Origin: an uncultured Candidatus Saccharibacteria bacterium | GTDB lineage: Bacteria; Patescibacteriota; Minisyncoccia; Phycocordibacterales; CAIZIN01 | DNA length: 64,000 nt | Direction: 5' to 3' | NCBI GenBank assembly: GCA_964462115.1 | Contig: CAYWWA010000002.1 | Coordinates: 6,560 to 70,559, forward strand | Part shown: positions 1 through 10,308 of the stretch, piece by piece | Position numbering within the stretch: position 1 is the stretch's first letter | Layout of the letters: every line of letters begins with the position of its first letter | Position numbers and translations under genes: made by a program | The notes under the pieces: model-generated | Told to the model about the DNA's origin: nothing | The model's database searches: none | The model's input: only the letters and a program-made list of their open reading frames with translations

Positions 1-148
1 AGCAGTGTCCGTGGTTAACAGGTTTATTATCCAAAAAAGCCAAAGTGTGTTCATCTTCGTAGACTTTATGACTAGGTAATTCGCCAGAAATGATTTTACA
101 AAATACACAGTCGTTTGCAAAATCTTCATTTTGATTAATTTTATTCAT
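1..148 (-). CDS. HIT family nucleotide hydrolase, 5' part (runs off the window start)
   Basis: Manual translation from ATG at 148: MNKINQNEDFANDCVFCKIISGELPSHKVYEDEHTLAFLDNKPVNHGHC, the classic HIT N-terminus (CxFC, VYED, AFLD..P...GH). Not in the ORF track. Confidence 0.9.
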   Translation of the reverse strand, partial: MNKINQNEDFANDCVFCKIISGELPSHKVYEDEHTLAFLDNKPVNHGHC

Positions 149-202
149 TTTTTAATTTTAACAAAAAATGCAAAAAAATAAAAAAATGTTATAATCATTT
201 AT

Positions 203-1351
203 ATGAAAACAATTCAAGATTTAATTAAGCTTGGCGATTTATCGGGTAAAAGAGTTTTGCTCAGAGCTGATTTTAATGTGCCGATGGAAGCAGGGAAAAT
301 TACTGATGATTTTAGAATTATTTCTACCTTACCGACCTTAGAAAAATTACAACAAGCTGGTTTGAAAATTATTATTATTGCTCACATCGAACCCAACAAG
401 GAGGGTGAGACAGCGACGCTTCAACCAGTGTTTGCTGAGCTTCAAACTAAATTGGCTGACAAAATATTTTGGGCTGAAAATCTTGAAGCAGTTAGTGAAA
501 AATTATCTTCCTTACAAAATGGGGAAATTATCCTGATGGAAAATATCCGTCAATACGAAGGAGAAAAGAAAAATTCAGCAGAATTGGCCGAGCAGTTAGC
601 TGGTTTGGCTGATTTTTACATCAATGATGCTTTTTCAGTTTGTCACAGAAAACACAGTTCTATTGTCGGGGTGCCAGAACTATTACCTTCTTTTGCTGGA
701 TTGCAATTGGAAAAAGAGATAACCAATTTATCTCGCGCCTTTAATCCCGCCCGACCATTTGGTTTTATTTTAGGCGGCGCTAAATTTGAAACCAAATTGC
801 CTTTAGTAGAAAAATATTTAGACCGAGCTGATTGGGTCGCTATTGGTGGAGCTTTGGCTCACGATATTCTAAAGCAAAAAGGTAAAGAGGTTGGATTATC
901 TAAAGTCTCAAAAGAAGCGGTGGACTTAACTAGGGTGGTAAGTAGCGAGAAATTATTAGCAATTATAGATGTGGTAGTGGTAAATGATAAGCAAGAAATC
1001 AATATAAAAAAACTTGACGATGTTTTACCTACCGATTCCATCAACGATCTTGGGCCAGAAACGGTGGCAGCTTGGGGACAAAAAATTGGTCAAAGTAAAT
1101 TTATTTTATGGAATGGGCCAGTGGGCTGGTTTGAACGTAAAGAATTTGCGGTTGGTACTAATGCTTTGGCTCAGTTTTTGGTAGATAGTGGCGCTGAAGT
1201 CTTGGTGGGGGGTGGAGATACGGTTTCGGCTATTACCCAAATTGGACTTCTCCATGATTACAGTTTTGTCTCTACCGGCGGTGGCGCTACTTTAGATTTT
1301 TTGGCCAACGAAACTCTACCTGGAATTGAGCTAATTGGTAAAAAAAATTAA
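203..1351 (+). CDS. pgk: Phosphoglycerate kinase
   Basis: RADFNVP, ILGGAK, WNGPVG, VGGGDT and STGGGA motifs. Confidence 0.97.
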   Translation: MKTIQDLIKLGDLSGKRVLLRADFNVPMEAGKITDDFRIISTLPTLEKLQQAGLKIIIIAHIEPNKEGETATLQPVFAELQTKLADKIFWAENLEAVSEKLSSLQNGEIILMENIRQYEGEKKNSAELAEQLAGLADFYINDAFSVCHRKHSSIVGVPELLPSFAGLQLEKEITNLSRAFNPARPFGFILGGAKFETKLPLVEKYLDRADWVAIGGALAHDILKQKGKEVGLSKVSKEAVDLTRVVSSEKLLAIIDVVVVNDKQEINIKKLDDVLPTDSINDLGPETVAAWGQKIGQSKFILWNGPVGWFERKEFAVGTNALAQFLVDSGAEVLVGGGDTVSAITQIGLLHDYSFVSTGGGATLDFLANETLPGIELIGKKN

Positions 1352-1357
1352 AAAAAT

Positions 1358-1390
1358 AAAAGCCATGAACCCTAATAGTTCATGGCTTTT
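1358..1390. terminator. Bidirectional intrinsic terminator
   Basis: AAAAGCCATGAAC-N7-GTTCATGGCTTTT between convergent ORFs. Confidence 0.8.
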
Positions 1391-1403
1391 GGGAAAACTG
1401 CGA

Positions 1404-1619
1404 TTATTTTTTTCCTAGCAATCGCTCAAGCTGGCTTTTGACCTCCAGCTCGTTATGACGTGCTGAGTCGGGTAACATTACCCGCTTGCCGTCACCATCC
1501 AAATGAGTGATGGCCCAGGTTCCGACCTGGGCATCGTGGAGAGAGCAATACCTGAAGGCTGTATCTAGCCTGTCAGAATCAACCCTCTCAAGTTTCAGAT
1601 CACTTCTGTTTGTTTTCAT
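1404..1619 (-). CDS. Small hypothetical protein (71 aa)
   Basis: Strong SD AAGGAGGAG upstream of ATG 1619; TGGTATAAT promoter near 1730-1738; terminator downstream. Confidence 0.65.
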   Translation of the reverse strand: MKTNRSDLKLERVDSDRLDTAFRYCSLHDAQVGTWAITHLDGDGKRVMLPDSARHNELEVKSQLERLLGKK

Positions 1620-1883
1620 CTTTACTCCTCCTTGAGTAATGTACAAAAAATCCTACACGTTTTTTTGGAACAAGAACAGTAATTCATGGGAGCTTATTTC
1701 AGTCACTAAAGACTTCCCACATCTTACCATTATACCATATTTATTTTTTGGATAAACATTTTTTATCTGATGCCGTTAAAAAAACTTATTAAATAAGGCT
1801 TATTGCGAAATAGAAAAAATTGTCGATTAAAAGCGACAAAAAATACACTTATAATTTTCTCCATTTTATGTTAGACTGTGTCA

Positions 1884-3347
1884 ATGACAAATGAAGAATT
1901 TTTGAAAATAAAAGAAAAATATGAGTTAGTGGTGGGTTTGGAAGTTCACGCCGAGCTGAAGACTAAGACTAAAATGTTTTGCGCTTGTGTTAACGATCCG
2001 GATGAGAAAGAAGCAAACCTTAACACTTGTCCAATTTGTTGGGGTCATCCTGGCACACTGCCAGTGGTCAACAAGGAAGCTTTTAAATCAATGATAAAAA
2101 TTGGTTTGAGTGTAGGTGGTAAAATTGCCGATTTTACTGAGTTTGATCGTAAAAACTATTTTTATCCAGACATTCCTAAGGGTTATCAGATTTCTCAATA
2201 TAAATATCCGATTGTCTCGGGTGGAACTTTAGCCGGGGTAGAATTAACTCGTATTCACTTGGAAGAAGATACCGGCACCTCACAGCATGATAAGGGAGAT
2301 TTTTCTTTAGTGAACTACAATCGCGCAGGAGTGCCACTGATGGAGCTGGTTACCGAACCAGTGATTCATTCAGCTGAAAAGGCTACCGAATTTGCCACCG
2401 AATTGCAATTATTGTTGCGAACCTTAGGGGTAGCAGAAGCTAATATGGAGAAAGGGCAGATGCGAGTGGAGGCTAACATTTCAGTGCGACTTAAGGGTGC
2501 AGAAAAATTTGGCACCAAGGTTGAGGTGAAAAATTTAAACTCATTTAAATCAGCTGGACGGGCTATTGAGTTTGAGCAGAGGCGGATGATTGAACTATTG
2601 GAAAGTGGGCGAGGTGATGAAATTGTGCAGGAAACCAGAGGTTTTAATGAAGACAAAGGCTCGACTTTTTCTCAGCGCAAAAAAGAAAACTCCAACGATT
2701 ATCGATATTTTCCTGAACCAGATATTCCTAAGTTTTATATTTCGCAAATTCCAGAGTTTCAAGCGGAAGTTTTACGAGGAGAAATTCCTGAACTGCCTTG
2801 GCAGAAGCGGGAGCGATATGAAAAAGAATTTGGCATTAAAAGCGAGGATGTAGAATTATTTGTGCGAGAAAAAGTGTTGGGGGATTATTTTGAAAAAGTT
2901 ATTGCAGATTTTGCTGGAGCGAAAGCAAAAGTGGTTTTAGCCTCAAACTATATTTTGTCAGACTTGATCGGTTTAGCCAGTCGAGAGAAAATTGGCATTG
3001 AGATTATTTTGGAAAAAGTAAACGATAAAACATTGGCTGAAGTGGTTAATTTGCTTGCGGACAAAAAAATCTCTTCTCGTGGAGCCAAGGATATCTTGCA
3101 GATAATTTACAAAGAGGGTGGTGAACCAACTCAAATCGCTGAAGCTAAAGGTTTGATAATTAAAAAAGATCCAGAATTGCTCAAAAAAATAATTGAGGAA
3201 ATCATTGCCGAAAATCCCCAAGTGGTTGCGGAATATAAATCAGGTAAAACTAACTTGATTCAGTTTTTGGTTGGACAGGGAATGAAAAAAATGAAAGGCG
3301 CCGGCGACCCAGCAGAAATCAAAGAGGGGTTGTTGGGGAAGGTTTAG
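1884..3347 (+). CDS. gatB: Asp/Glu-tRNA amidotransferase subunit B
   Basis: VGLEVHAEL, FDRKNYFYPDIPKGYQISQ, HLEED, EVKNLNSF, DYRYFPEPD; start placed at the ATG 6 nt after TG-T-TAGACT. Confidence 0.97.
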   Translation: MTNEEFLKIKEKYELVVGLEVHAELKTKTKMFCACVNDPDEKEANLNTCPICWGHPGTLPVVNKEAFKSMIKIGLSVGGKIADFTEFDRKNYFYPDIPKGYQISQYKYPIVSGGTLAGVELTRIHLEEDTGTSQHDKGDFSLVNYNRAGVPLMELVTEPVIHSAEKATEFATELQLLLRTLGVAEANMEKGQMRVEANISVRLKGAEKFGTKVEVKNLNSFKSAGRAIEFEQRRMIELLESGRGDEIVQETRGFNEDKGSTFSQRKKENSNDYRYFPEPDIPKFYISQIPEFQAEVLRGEIPELPWQKRERYEKEFGIKSEDVELFVREKVLGDYFEKVIADFAGAKAKVVLASNYILSDLIGLASREKIGIEIILEKVNDKTLAEVVNLLADKKISSRGAKDILQIIYKEGGEPTQIAEAKGLIIKKDPELLKKIIEEIIAENPQVVAEYKSGKTNLIQFLVGQGMKKMKGAGDPAEIKEGLLGKV

Positions 3348-3437
3348 TTATAAAATTATTTGTCAAAAAATCGATTTTGGTGTAAGATGGTTGGCGTTAT
3401 TTATTATTAATTTTTTATTTAAAAAAACAGAATTTTT

Positions 3438-4934
3438 ATGTCTAAAAAAACGAAAATTATTTGCACGATTGGTCCAGCTAGTATCGCTGAAGACAAACTA
3501 GCTAAGCTGTTGAAGGCGGGGATGAACGTGATTCGCCTAAACTTTGCTCACGGCGATTTTAAAGAGCATTTAACCAAAATTAACAACGCCAAAAAGGCTG
3601 GTATTCCGTTTGCGGTTTTGCAAGACTTGGGTGGTCCTAAAATTAGGATCGGGACTTTTGGTTCAGACAAGAATCAAGATGTGGCTATTACTCTTAAGAA
3701 GGGCCAAAAATTTACTATCACTACCGACGAGGTGGTTGGGGATGAAAATAAAGTTTCAGTAAATTATCCATTGTTTGCTAAGGAAGTTAAAGCGGGTGAT
3801 CAGGTGTTCCTGCAAGATGGCAAAAAGAAATTGAAAGCCATAGAAGTAAAAGGTAATGAGGTAATCTGTGAGGTAATTGTAGGTGGTGAATTAAAGGGCA
3901 GAAAGGGGGTCAATCTTCCAGACTCCGAACTAACCATTCCAGCCTTAACCGACAAGGATATTGTTGATTTGGAATTTGGTATTAAAAATAAAGTAGAATA
4001 TATTTGTCTATCTTTTGTGCGTCGGGCTGATGATATTATTAAGCTACGAGAAATTTTAGCTAAACGAAAATCTACCGCTAAAATTATTGCCAAGATTGAA
4101 ACTCCTCAGGCGATGAAGCGAATTGATCAGATTCTACCTTTGGTGGATGGTATTATGGTTGGCCGTGGTGATTTGTCGGTAGAAGTGCCTCGTGAACGAG
4201 TTAATGCTTATCAAAAAATCTTAATTGGTAAAGCTAAAGCCCAAGGCAAAATTGTGATTTTGGCTACTACCGTGATGGAATCTATGATCAAAAATTTTGT
4301 GCCAACTGCCGCCGAAGTGGGAGACGTGACCAACGCTATTTTAGAGGGAGCAGATATGGTGATGACCTCAGACGAGACCGCGACTGGTGATTATCCTGTA
4401 GAAACTGTTGAAACTATGGCTCGCATTGCTGAGTTTGTAGAAAATTCACCAATTACTAAAGATTATATTGGAATTGGGGCTAGTCTATATGTTGATAGTT
4501 GTGTTTGTGACTATGCTTCAGGTGTGGTTTGTGATAGTTGCAACGGTGTAAAAACAGTAGACGACTCATCGTCAGTTATGACTTCCATCACTAAATCGGC
4601 TGTGGTAACTGCTGATATGGTTGGAGCTAAGTTAATTGCCAATTTTACTCTAACAGGTTTGTCGGCTAATTGGCTTTCTTCTTACAAACCAGTTTGCCCA
4701 ATTATTTCCTTTACTCCAAACGAAAGCACCGCTAAACAATTGATAGCCGTCTGGGGAGTAACTCCAGTTTTGACTAAGAAATTCAAAAACTTAGATGAAG
4801 CGTTGAAAGAAGCTAAAACTTATTTGATAAAAAATAAATTAGCAGTTAAAGGTGATAAAGTGGTCTTTACCTACGGTCATCCTTTTGCTGGCAAGGACAC
4901 TGTTTCTAATGCAGTCTTTGTAGAAACTCTATAA
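3438..4934 (+). CDS. pyk: Pyruvate kinase (divergent motifs, Cys-rich insertion)
   Basis: KIICTIGPAS, RLNFAHG, DLGGPKIR, KGVNLP, IIAKIE, RGDL. Confidence 0.93.
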   Translation: MSKKTKIICTIGPASIAEDKLAKLLKAGMNVIRLNFAHGDFKEHLTKINNAKKAGIPFAVLQDLGGPKIRIGTFGSDKNQDVAITLKKGQKFTITTDEVVGDENKVSVNYPLFAKEVKAGDQVFLQDGKKKLKAIEVKGNEVICEVIVGGELKGRKGVNLPDSELTIPALTDKDIVDLEFGIKNKVEYICLSFVRRADDIIKLREILAKRKSTAKIIAKIETPQAMKRIDQILPLVDGIMVGRGDLSVEVPRERVNAYQKILIGKAKAQGKIVILATTVMESMIKNFVPTAAEVGDVTNAILEGADMVMTSDETATGDYPVETVETMARIAEFVENSPITKDYIGIGASLYVDSCVCDYASGVVCDSCNGVKTVDDSSSVMTSITKSAVVTADMVGAKLIANFTLTGLSANWLSSYKPVCPIISFTPNESTAKQLIAVWGVTPVLTKKFKNLDEALKEAKTYLIKNKLAVKGDKVVFTYGHPFAGKDTVSNAVFVETL

Positions 4935-4956
4935 ACTTTTTCTCCAAAGTAAAAAC

Positions 4957-4997
4957 AAAAAATAGTTTGAATCCCTAAATTCAGGCTATTTTTTTTT
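4957..4997 (+). terminator. Intrinsic terminator after pyk
   Basis: AAAAAATAGTTTGAAT-loop-ATTCAGGCTATTTTTTTTT. Confidence 0.7.
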
Positions 4998-5030
4998 GCA
5001 TTTTATATTAAAATATGGTATAATGTAAAG

Positions 5031-5831
5031 ATGTGTGAAGAGTTACGGGGTAAGGAAATATCCTTGCAAATCAAGGACAATCAGGTAAAAACGGTGCTTG
5101 GTTTTAAAAAAAATGGCATTTTTCCATGTCTTTGTATTGTGCGCGATTCACAAAATCCTGTGATTGAAAAATATGTTCAGTTGAAGAAAAAATATGGTGA
5201 AGAGATTGGGGTTAGAGTTGAAGATATTTTAGTTAAAACAGATGAGTTGGCTGAAACTATTGAAAAACTAAATCAAGATGAAAAAGTCAACGGTTTAATC
5301 TTGCAATTTCCTATTCTGGATAAAGATAAAGGTGACGAATTAAGCAATTTAATCGCTGCCCACAAAGATGTTGATGGTTTGAATGAAAAAAAAAGCAATT
5401 TTAATTCCGCTACCGCTGAGGCAATTTTGTATTTATTGGAAAAAAATAATATTGATTTATTAAACAAGAAAATTGCTTTAGTAGGCTGTGGCAAACTGGT
5501 AGGACGTCCGTTGATTAAAATATTTACTGAACGAAATTATAATTTTGAAATTTTTCGGTCAAAAGATGAGGCAAAATTAGCAAAAGAATTACCTGGGTTT
5601 GATATAATCATCACAGCGGTGGGGAAGGCTAATTTACTTACTTCAGCGATGATTAAGGATGGTGCCATAGTGGTAGATGCTGGCACAGCCTGCGAAGATG
5701 GTAAAATCTTAGGAGATGTCTCAGACTGCGTTCGTGAGCGAAACAATGTTAAAATATCAGCTAAAATTGGTGGGGTTGGGCCACTTACGATTACTATACT
5801 TTTTGCTCATTTGATAGAAACCTGTGAATAG
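5031..5831 (+). CDS. folD: Methylenetetrahydrofolate dehydrogenase/cyclohydrolase
   Basis: YxxxK, LILQFP, KDVDGL, VVDAG, GGVGPLT motifs. Confidence 0.93.
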   Translation: MCEELRGKEISLQIKDNQVKTVLGFKKNGIFPCLCIVRDSQNPVIEKYVQLKKKYGEEIGVRVEDILVKTDELAETIEKLNQDEKVNGLILQFPILDKDKGDELSNLIAAHKDVDGLNEKKSNFNSATAEAILYLLEKNNIDLLNKKIALVGCGKLVGRPLIKIFTERNYNFEIFRSKDEAKLAKELPGFDIIITAVGKANLLTSAMIKDGAIVVDAGTACEDGKILGDVSDCVRERNNVKISAKIGGVGPLTITILFAHLIETCE

Positions 5832-5949
5832 GTTGTGGAGGATTTAAAATAATTGACTTTTTTAATTTTTTATGTTAGATTGCAGGCTGTTGTTCACATA
5901 ACGAGTGTTGTGTGAATATTGTTCTTTTGAATCGAAAAAAGGAAAGAAA

Positions 5950-6369
5950 ATGAAAAAGATGTTGTTTGTTGTTATCTTGTGCCTGTGTTATCAAGCAATG
6001 TTCGTTGTTGCTGACACTAATGTGGTCGGTATTATCAAAATTAACCCCACCGCATCGGTCTACTATCCTACAAATGCTTTTTGTGAGACAGTGGCCGGTA
6101 CTAATGCCTTGAATTTCAACATGGATTTGTTTCAGGTTGAAAACGGCACAACCACCAACAAGGTTAATAAATGGACGGTGACTCCTATGGTCTCCACCAA
6201 TTTATTGAGTGGGTTTAAAAAGCTCAACAGTCAGAGCCTGTTTGTCTGGACAAACTCGTTTGCGAGAGTCAAAGCTGTCTCTTTGCTGGAGTATTCCAAA
6301 CACCAAGTCATCATTTTCAGAGCAGAATCTATCTATCCAGAATTTTTTATTAAGTTTGAGATAGAATGA
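5950..6369 (+). CDS. Hypothetical secreted protein
   Basis: MKK plus hydrophobic signal peptide; SD-like AAGGA; TTGACT-N17-TAGATT promoter at 5853-5881. Confidence 0.65.
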   Translation: MKKMLFVVILCLCYQAMFVVADTNVVGIIKINPTASVYYPTNAFCETVAGTNALNFNMDLFQVENGTTTNKVNKWTVTPMVSTNLLSGFKKLNSQSLFVWTNSFARVKAVSLLEYSKHQVIIFRAESIYPEFFIKFEIE

Positions 6370-6475
6370 TTTTGTCGGTGTGCTGGTGGTATTGTGTTTT
6401 TGCACTTACCACCAGCTCCACCCATTTTCTCTTTTTGTGTTATTATATTTAATAATAAAAATAAATTTTATAAAA

Positions 6476-7477
6476 ATGAAAAAAATATTTCAAATAAGTC
6501 TAATATTCACCTTTGTGTTTTTGGGTTTTTATGTTGTAAGTAGCGCAGAAGAAGAACCAATCGCTGTCATTGATTTTCAGAATGAAGAAACTCCAACTAT
6601 TGTTATCCCGTTAGCTGATGATTCCCAAGGGACCACAACAATTATCAATTCCGAAGTAAATGGTTTAAGTTTTCAATCGCTTGACAACAGCACGTTGAAC
6701 AATAGTTGTGTTTTTTCTAATGAGAACGGTATGACCTACGATTGTGATATTGATGGTGATGGTATAGAAAATAAAGACGACTTATGTATTACAGTTTATG
6801 GTATCAGCGAAAACTTTGGTTGCCCAGCGGGCGATACTAATCACGATGGTAATGTTGATGGAGACGACCTGGGAACATGTACAATTGCAGGAAAACAATC
6901 TTTAGCTGCTAATGATTCAAATTGTACAAATACATCTTCAGGTGGCGGATCTTCTGCTTTTACTGGAACAGTTAAGGGTGCTTGTGATATCAATGTAGAT
7001 TTGTCTAAGATTATCACCGACCTTGAGTCTATGACTGCAGATGAAATTCAGGCAGTAGTTAACGAAATTACCTCTGGAATTGAGTGTTTAGGTGGTTCAA
7101 CTGCCGTAACTGGTTCTGTCACTGGCTACTTGTCAAAATGTGCCGATCTAAAATATAATGATGCCCACGTTTGTGTGCTATTGTTGCAACAATATTTAAA
7201 TGCTAACGATGCCTTATTGGTTAAGCCCCTTGCTTCAAACAGTGTCGCTGGTATCACAGGATCGGAAACAGCCTATTTCTGCAATCGTACTGAAACCGCT
7301 CTGTTAAAATTCCAGAAAGAAAACAATATCACCACTTCTGGTGTGCTTGATTCAGTCACTAAGGAATTAATTGTCAAAAAAGGTGATTTCTTCAAAACTA
7401 ACTTAGTTAGCACTTTATTCTCAGCCCCTATCATTTCTGCTGATTGTCCAGCCGGAGAGTATCGTGTTAATGGTTAA
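6476..7477 (+). CDS. Secreted protein with TSP3-like Ca-binding motif, dockerin/EF-like motif and C-terminal peptidoglycan-binding domain
   Basis: Signal peptide MKKIFQ...; DIDGDGIENKDDLC...GCP; GDTNHDGNVDGDD; LLQQYLN...TETALLKFQKENNITTSGVLD. Confidence 0.7.
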   Translation: MKKIFQISLIFTFVFLGFYVVSSAEEEPIAVIDFQNEETPTIVIPLADDSQGTTTIINSEVNGLSFQSLDNSTLNNSCVFSNENGMTYDCDIDGDGIENKDDLCITVYGISENFGCPAGDTNHDGNVDGDDLGTCTIAGKQSLAANDSNCTNTSSGGGSSAFTGTVKGACDINVDLSKIITDLESMTADEIQAVVNEITSGIECLGGSTAVTGSVTGYLSKCADLKYNDAHVCVLLLQQYLNANDALLVKPLASNSVAGITGSETAYFCNRTETALLKFQKENNITTSGVLDSVTKELIVKKGDFFKTNLVSTLFSAPIISADCPAGEYRVNG

Positions 7478-7492
7478 TTTAAAAATCTAATT

Positions 7493-7522
7493 AAAAAAAA
7501 TCGCTTAGAAGCGATTTTTTTT
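7493..7522 (+). terminator. Intrinsic terminator
   Basis: A8-TCGCTT-AG-AAGCGA-T8. Confidence 0.75.
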
Positions 7523-7546
7523 AATGTTTTATGCTATAATTTTCTT

Positions 7547-9076
7547 ATGGACAACAAGTCTTCATCGCCATTTCGGGATTATTATTTTAATCGGGCTCAG
7601 CTAGAGAATAATAAAACTGAATATTTGTCATTCTTATCGGCTCTAAGGGTATTTGTAAATGCCATCAGAGATTATAAGAAGGGCGAAATTTTAAGCACTA
7701 AAGATTTTGTAGAATTTGTTAAGGTTCATAATGAAAATAATATTGAGTTAAATGATGTTGGGCCGTTTGCTAAATTAGATCAAGCGGTTAATTTTATGAC
7801 TGTGCACAAAGCAAAAGGTTTAGAGTTTGAAACAGTCTTTATCTTATCAGTCATTGATAGTGTTTGGGGCAAGGAAAGCCGAGCTAATAAATTAGCAATG
7901 CCGCTTAATTTAAAATTAAAATCTGATAGTGAAGACAATGACGATGATTGTTTGCGCTTATTTTTTGTAGCATTGACCAGAGCAAAGAAAAATTTATACA
8001 TCAGCTCTTTTGCTCAAAAAGATGATGGTAAAGAGGCGAACAAATTAAAGTTTTTATCGGGAACTGAAAATGAAGAAAAACTAAAATTGATTGATAAAAA
8101 TTATAATCAAAAAAATGAATCCATAGTTCCTGACGCTACTCTAGTCTTGGAGTCATCGTTGTTAGAGAATCAAAATCCACCAGTGGAATTTGTGGCTGAT
8201 GAAAAAGAACTATTAAAAACCTTAGTTAAAGATTATAAAATCTCTGTCACTCACTTAAATAATTTTCTAGATTTAACTAATGGTCATGGAGCAGAAAATA
8301 ATTATGGCCCACTATATTTTTTGGAGAATAATCTGTTAAGGTTTCCCTCAGGAAAAAGTTTGTCGGGTAGTTTCGGCTCCGCTATCCACTTTGCGCTAGA
8401 AAGGGCAATCAAAAATTTTAAAAAATCTGAGTCAAGCAAAATTGATAAGATAGTATCGGAGCAGGATTTATTCAAATGGTTTGAACAGAGTTTAAAAAGA
8501 GAAAAAATGTCTAAAATAGACTTTGCTAAATATTACGAGCGGGGAGTTTTTGCTTTGAAAAAATTTTGGCAAGAAAATAAAGATGATTTTAAAGTTAGCG
8601 ATTGGTCAGAATTTAGTTTTGCGAACGAGGGGGTAAAAATCGGTCAAGCTGTTCTTAATGGTAAGATTGATCGAATTAGTCAAACAGAAAAAGGGATTTT
8701 AGAGGTTTTTGATTTCAAAACCGGCAAAGCATTGAGAAAGTGGGGAAAGGATATCAAATCAATAAACTACAAGAGACAGTTGATTTTTTATAAAATTTTA
8801 GTTGAAAACTCTAAAAGTTTTGGTGATCAATTTGTGGTTCCTAAAGGAGAACTAGTTTTTATTGAACCAGACGAAAATGGGGAATTAACTCGATTGGCTT
8901 TAGAAATTGATTCTGATGAGGTAGAAAAGTTAAAGAGTTTACTTGATATTGTTTATACTAAAATTATCTCGTTAGAATTTCTAGATGAGGAGTTTCTGCA
9001 AAAACTATATAAATATCCTAAAACCATAGAGGGCAATCAACAGTTTGAACATGATTTATTAAATGGGCTAATCTAA
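7547..9076 (+). CDS. C-terminal half of a split UvrD/AddA-like helicase-nuclease (SF1 motifs V-VI plus PD-(D/E)XK nuclease)
   Basis: MTVHKAKGLEF (motif V), LRLFFVALTRAK (motif VI), GKIDRI...DFKT...QLxFY nuclease; no Walker A/B; own TGCTATAAT 6 nt before the ATG. Confidence 0.9.
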   Translation: MDNKSSSPFRDYYFNRAQLENNKTEYLSFLSALRVFVNAIRDYKKGEILSTKDFVEFVKVHNENNIELNDVGPFAKLDQAVNFMTVHKAKGLEFETVFILSVIDSVWGKESRANKLAMPLNLKLKSDSEDNDDDCLRLFFVALTRAKKNLYISSFAQKDDGKEANKLKFLSGTENEEKLKLIDKNYNQKNESIVPDATLVLESSLLENQNPPVEFVADEKELLKTLVKDYKISVTHLNNFLDLTNGHGAENNYGPLYFLENNLLRFPSGKSLSGSFGSAIHFALERAIKNFKKSESSKIDKIVSEQDLFKWFEQSLKREKMSKIDFAKYYERGVFALKKFWQENKDDFKVSDWSEFSFANEGVKIGQAVLNGKIDRISQTEKGILEVFDFKTGKALRKWGKDIKSINYKRQLIFYKILVENSKSFGDQFVVPKGELVFIEPDENGELTRLALEIDSDEVEKLKSLLDIVYTKIISLEFLDEEFLQKLYKYPKTIEGNQQFEHDLLNGLI

Positions 9077-9104
9077 CTCTTACTAAAAGTAAACTATTAT
9101 TTTG

Positions 9105-9176
9105 CGGGCCCGCCCCGACTCGAACGGGGAACCTCGGTTTTGGAGACCGATGTTTTACCATTGAAACTACAAGCCC
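9105..9176 (-). tRNA. trnW: tRNA-Trp(CCA)
   Basis: Cloverleaf: GGGCTTG/CGGGCCC acceptor, TCGGT-CTCCAAA-ACCGA anticodon arm, TTCGAGT T-loop. Confidence 0.95.
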
Positions 9177-9407
9177 TAGTTTCTTCCTGTTTAGGATATC
9201 ATTTTTTTATGAAAAAAGCAATTTTACTTTGATTTTGTTTTTAAAAAAGAATATTTAGATTTAGTGGAAAAATACAAAAATAAGTTTTTATCTATTAAAA
9301 GCGACCGTGATTATTATCTTTAATATTGCCAACTCTAAAATAGTATTTTATACTACTATATCCACAAAATAGCTATATTTTTTCAATGTTATGTTATCAT
9401 CAGAATC

Positions 9408-10304
9408 ATGAGAAAAGAAAAGGTAGTAAAGAAAAAAATATTAGTCCACGATGGCAGCTTTCACTGTGATGATGTCTGTGCGGTAGCCGTTTTATCGTTA
9501 TTATTCAATGGTCAGATTGAAATTATTCGTAGTCGAGAAGCAGCCAAAATTGCTACGGCAGATTATGTTTTAGACGTAGGGGGAAAATATGACGGTTTAC
9601 ATTTGTTCGACCATCATCAGGAGTCAATTTTGCGAGATAATGGTGTGCCGTTTGCAGCGTTTGGCTTGGTCTGGCGTAGTTTTGGCGAAGTGCTCTGTGG
9701 TGGTTCAGATCGAGTAGCTAAAATTATTGATCAAGAGCTAGTTCAACCTTGTGATGCTAATGATAATGGTTATAGTTTTTTTACTGCTTGCGACACTTTG
9801 TCACCCTTTGCTTTACCAGACTTAATTCATATTTTTAATAATACTTGGAAGGAAAAAGATCGAAAAGCAGATCAGGTTTTTGCTGATTTAGTAGAGTTTG
9901 CTAAGGGAGTAATTGCTCGTAAAATTGTTCGCACCATTGCTCAAATAGACGCTGAGGTAAAAATTAAAAAAATTTATAACGAAAGTAACGATAAGAAAAT
10001 TTTGGTTTTTGATGATAGTTATCCAGCTCGTGATCTTTTATTTTCAGATTTACTTGATGTAATTTTTACCGTAACTCCAGGTAATGATGACAAGTGGCGG
10101 GTGGAGGGTGTGCGCCAACAACCCAACTCTTATAAGTTGAGGAAAAGTCTACCTAAGAAATGGGCTGGCTTACGTGATGAAGAGTTGCAGGCGGTTTCAG
10201 GAGTATCCGACGCAGTTTTTTGTCATCGCAATTTATTTATGGCTGCTGCTAAAAGCCGAGAGGGGGCAATTCTCTTAGCACAGAAAGCTCTGGGCAAAAG
10301 ATAG
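9408..10304 (+). CDS. MYG1/UPF0160 family exonuclease/hydrolase
   Basis: HDGSFHCDD, DVGG, FDHHQ, WAGL, FCH motifs. Confidence 0.92.
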   Translation: MRKEKVVKKKILVHDGSFHCDDVCAVAVLSLLFNGQIEIIRSREAAKIATADYVLDVGGKYDGLHLFDHHQESILRDNGVPFAAFGLVWRSFGEVLCGGSDRVAKIIDQELVQPCDANDNGYSFFTACDTLSPFALPDLIHIFNNTWKEKDRKADQVFADLVEFAKGVIARKIVRTIAQIDAEVKIKKIYNESNDKKILVFDDSYPARDLLFSDLLDVIFTVTPGNDDKWRVEGVRQQPNSYKLRKSLPKKWAGLRDEELQAVSGVSDAVFCHRNLFMAAAKSREGAILLAQKALGKR

Positions 10305-10308
10305 TCTT

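Noticed and set aside
7530-7546. GCTATA shared by the UvrD-N end and the UvrD-C upstream region as a DNA-unscrambling pointer
   Set aside because: It is part of the -10 box, and joining there creates an in-frame TAA. CTAAAA at the uvrA ends is likewise too short and AT-rich.
9105-9176. Alternative genetic code (UGA recoding) as the cause of the gene fragments
   Set aside because: The half-genes end in TAA or TAG, their continuations are not adjacent, and long ORFs are intact under the standard bacterial code.
9355-9366. DnaA-box-like sequences (also near 26661)
   Set aside because: Single mismatched boxes with no cluster; gene orientation is convergent, which argues for terminus rather than origin.
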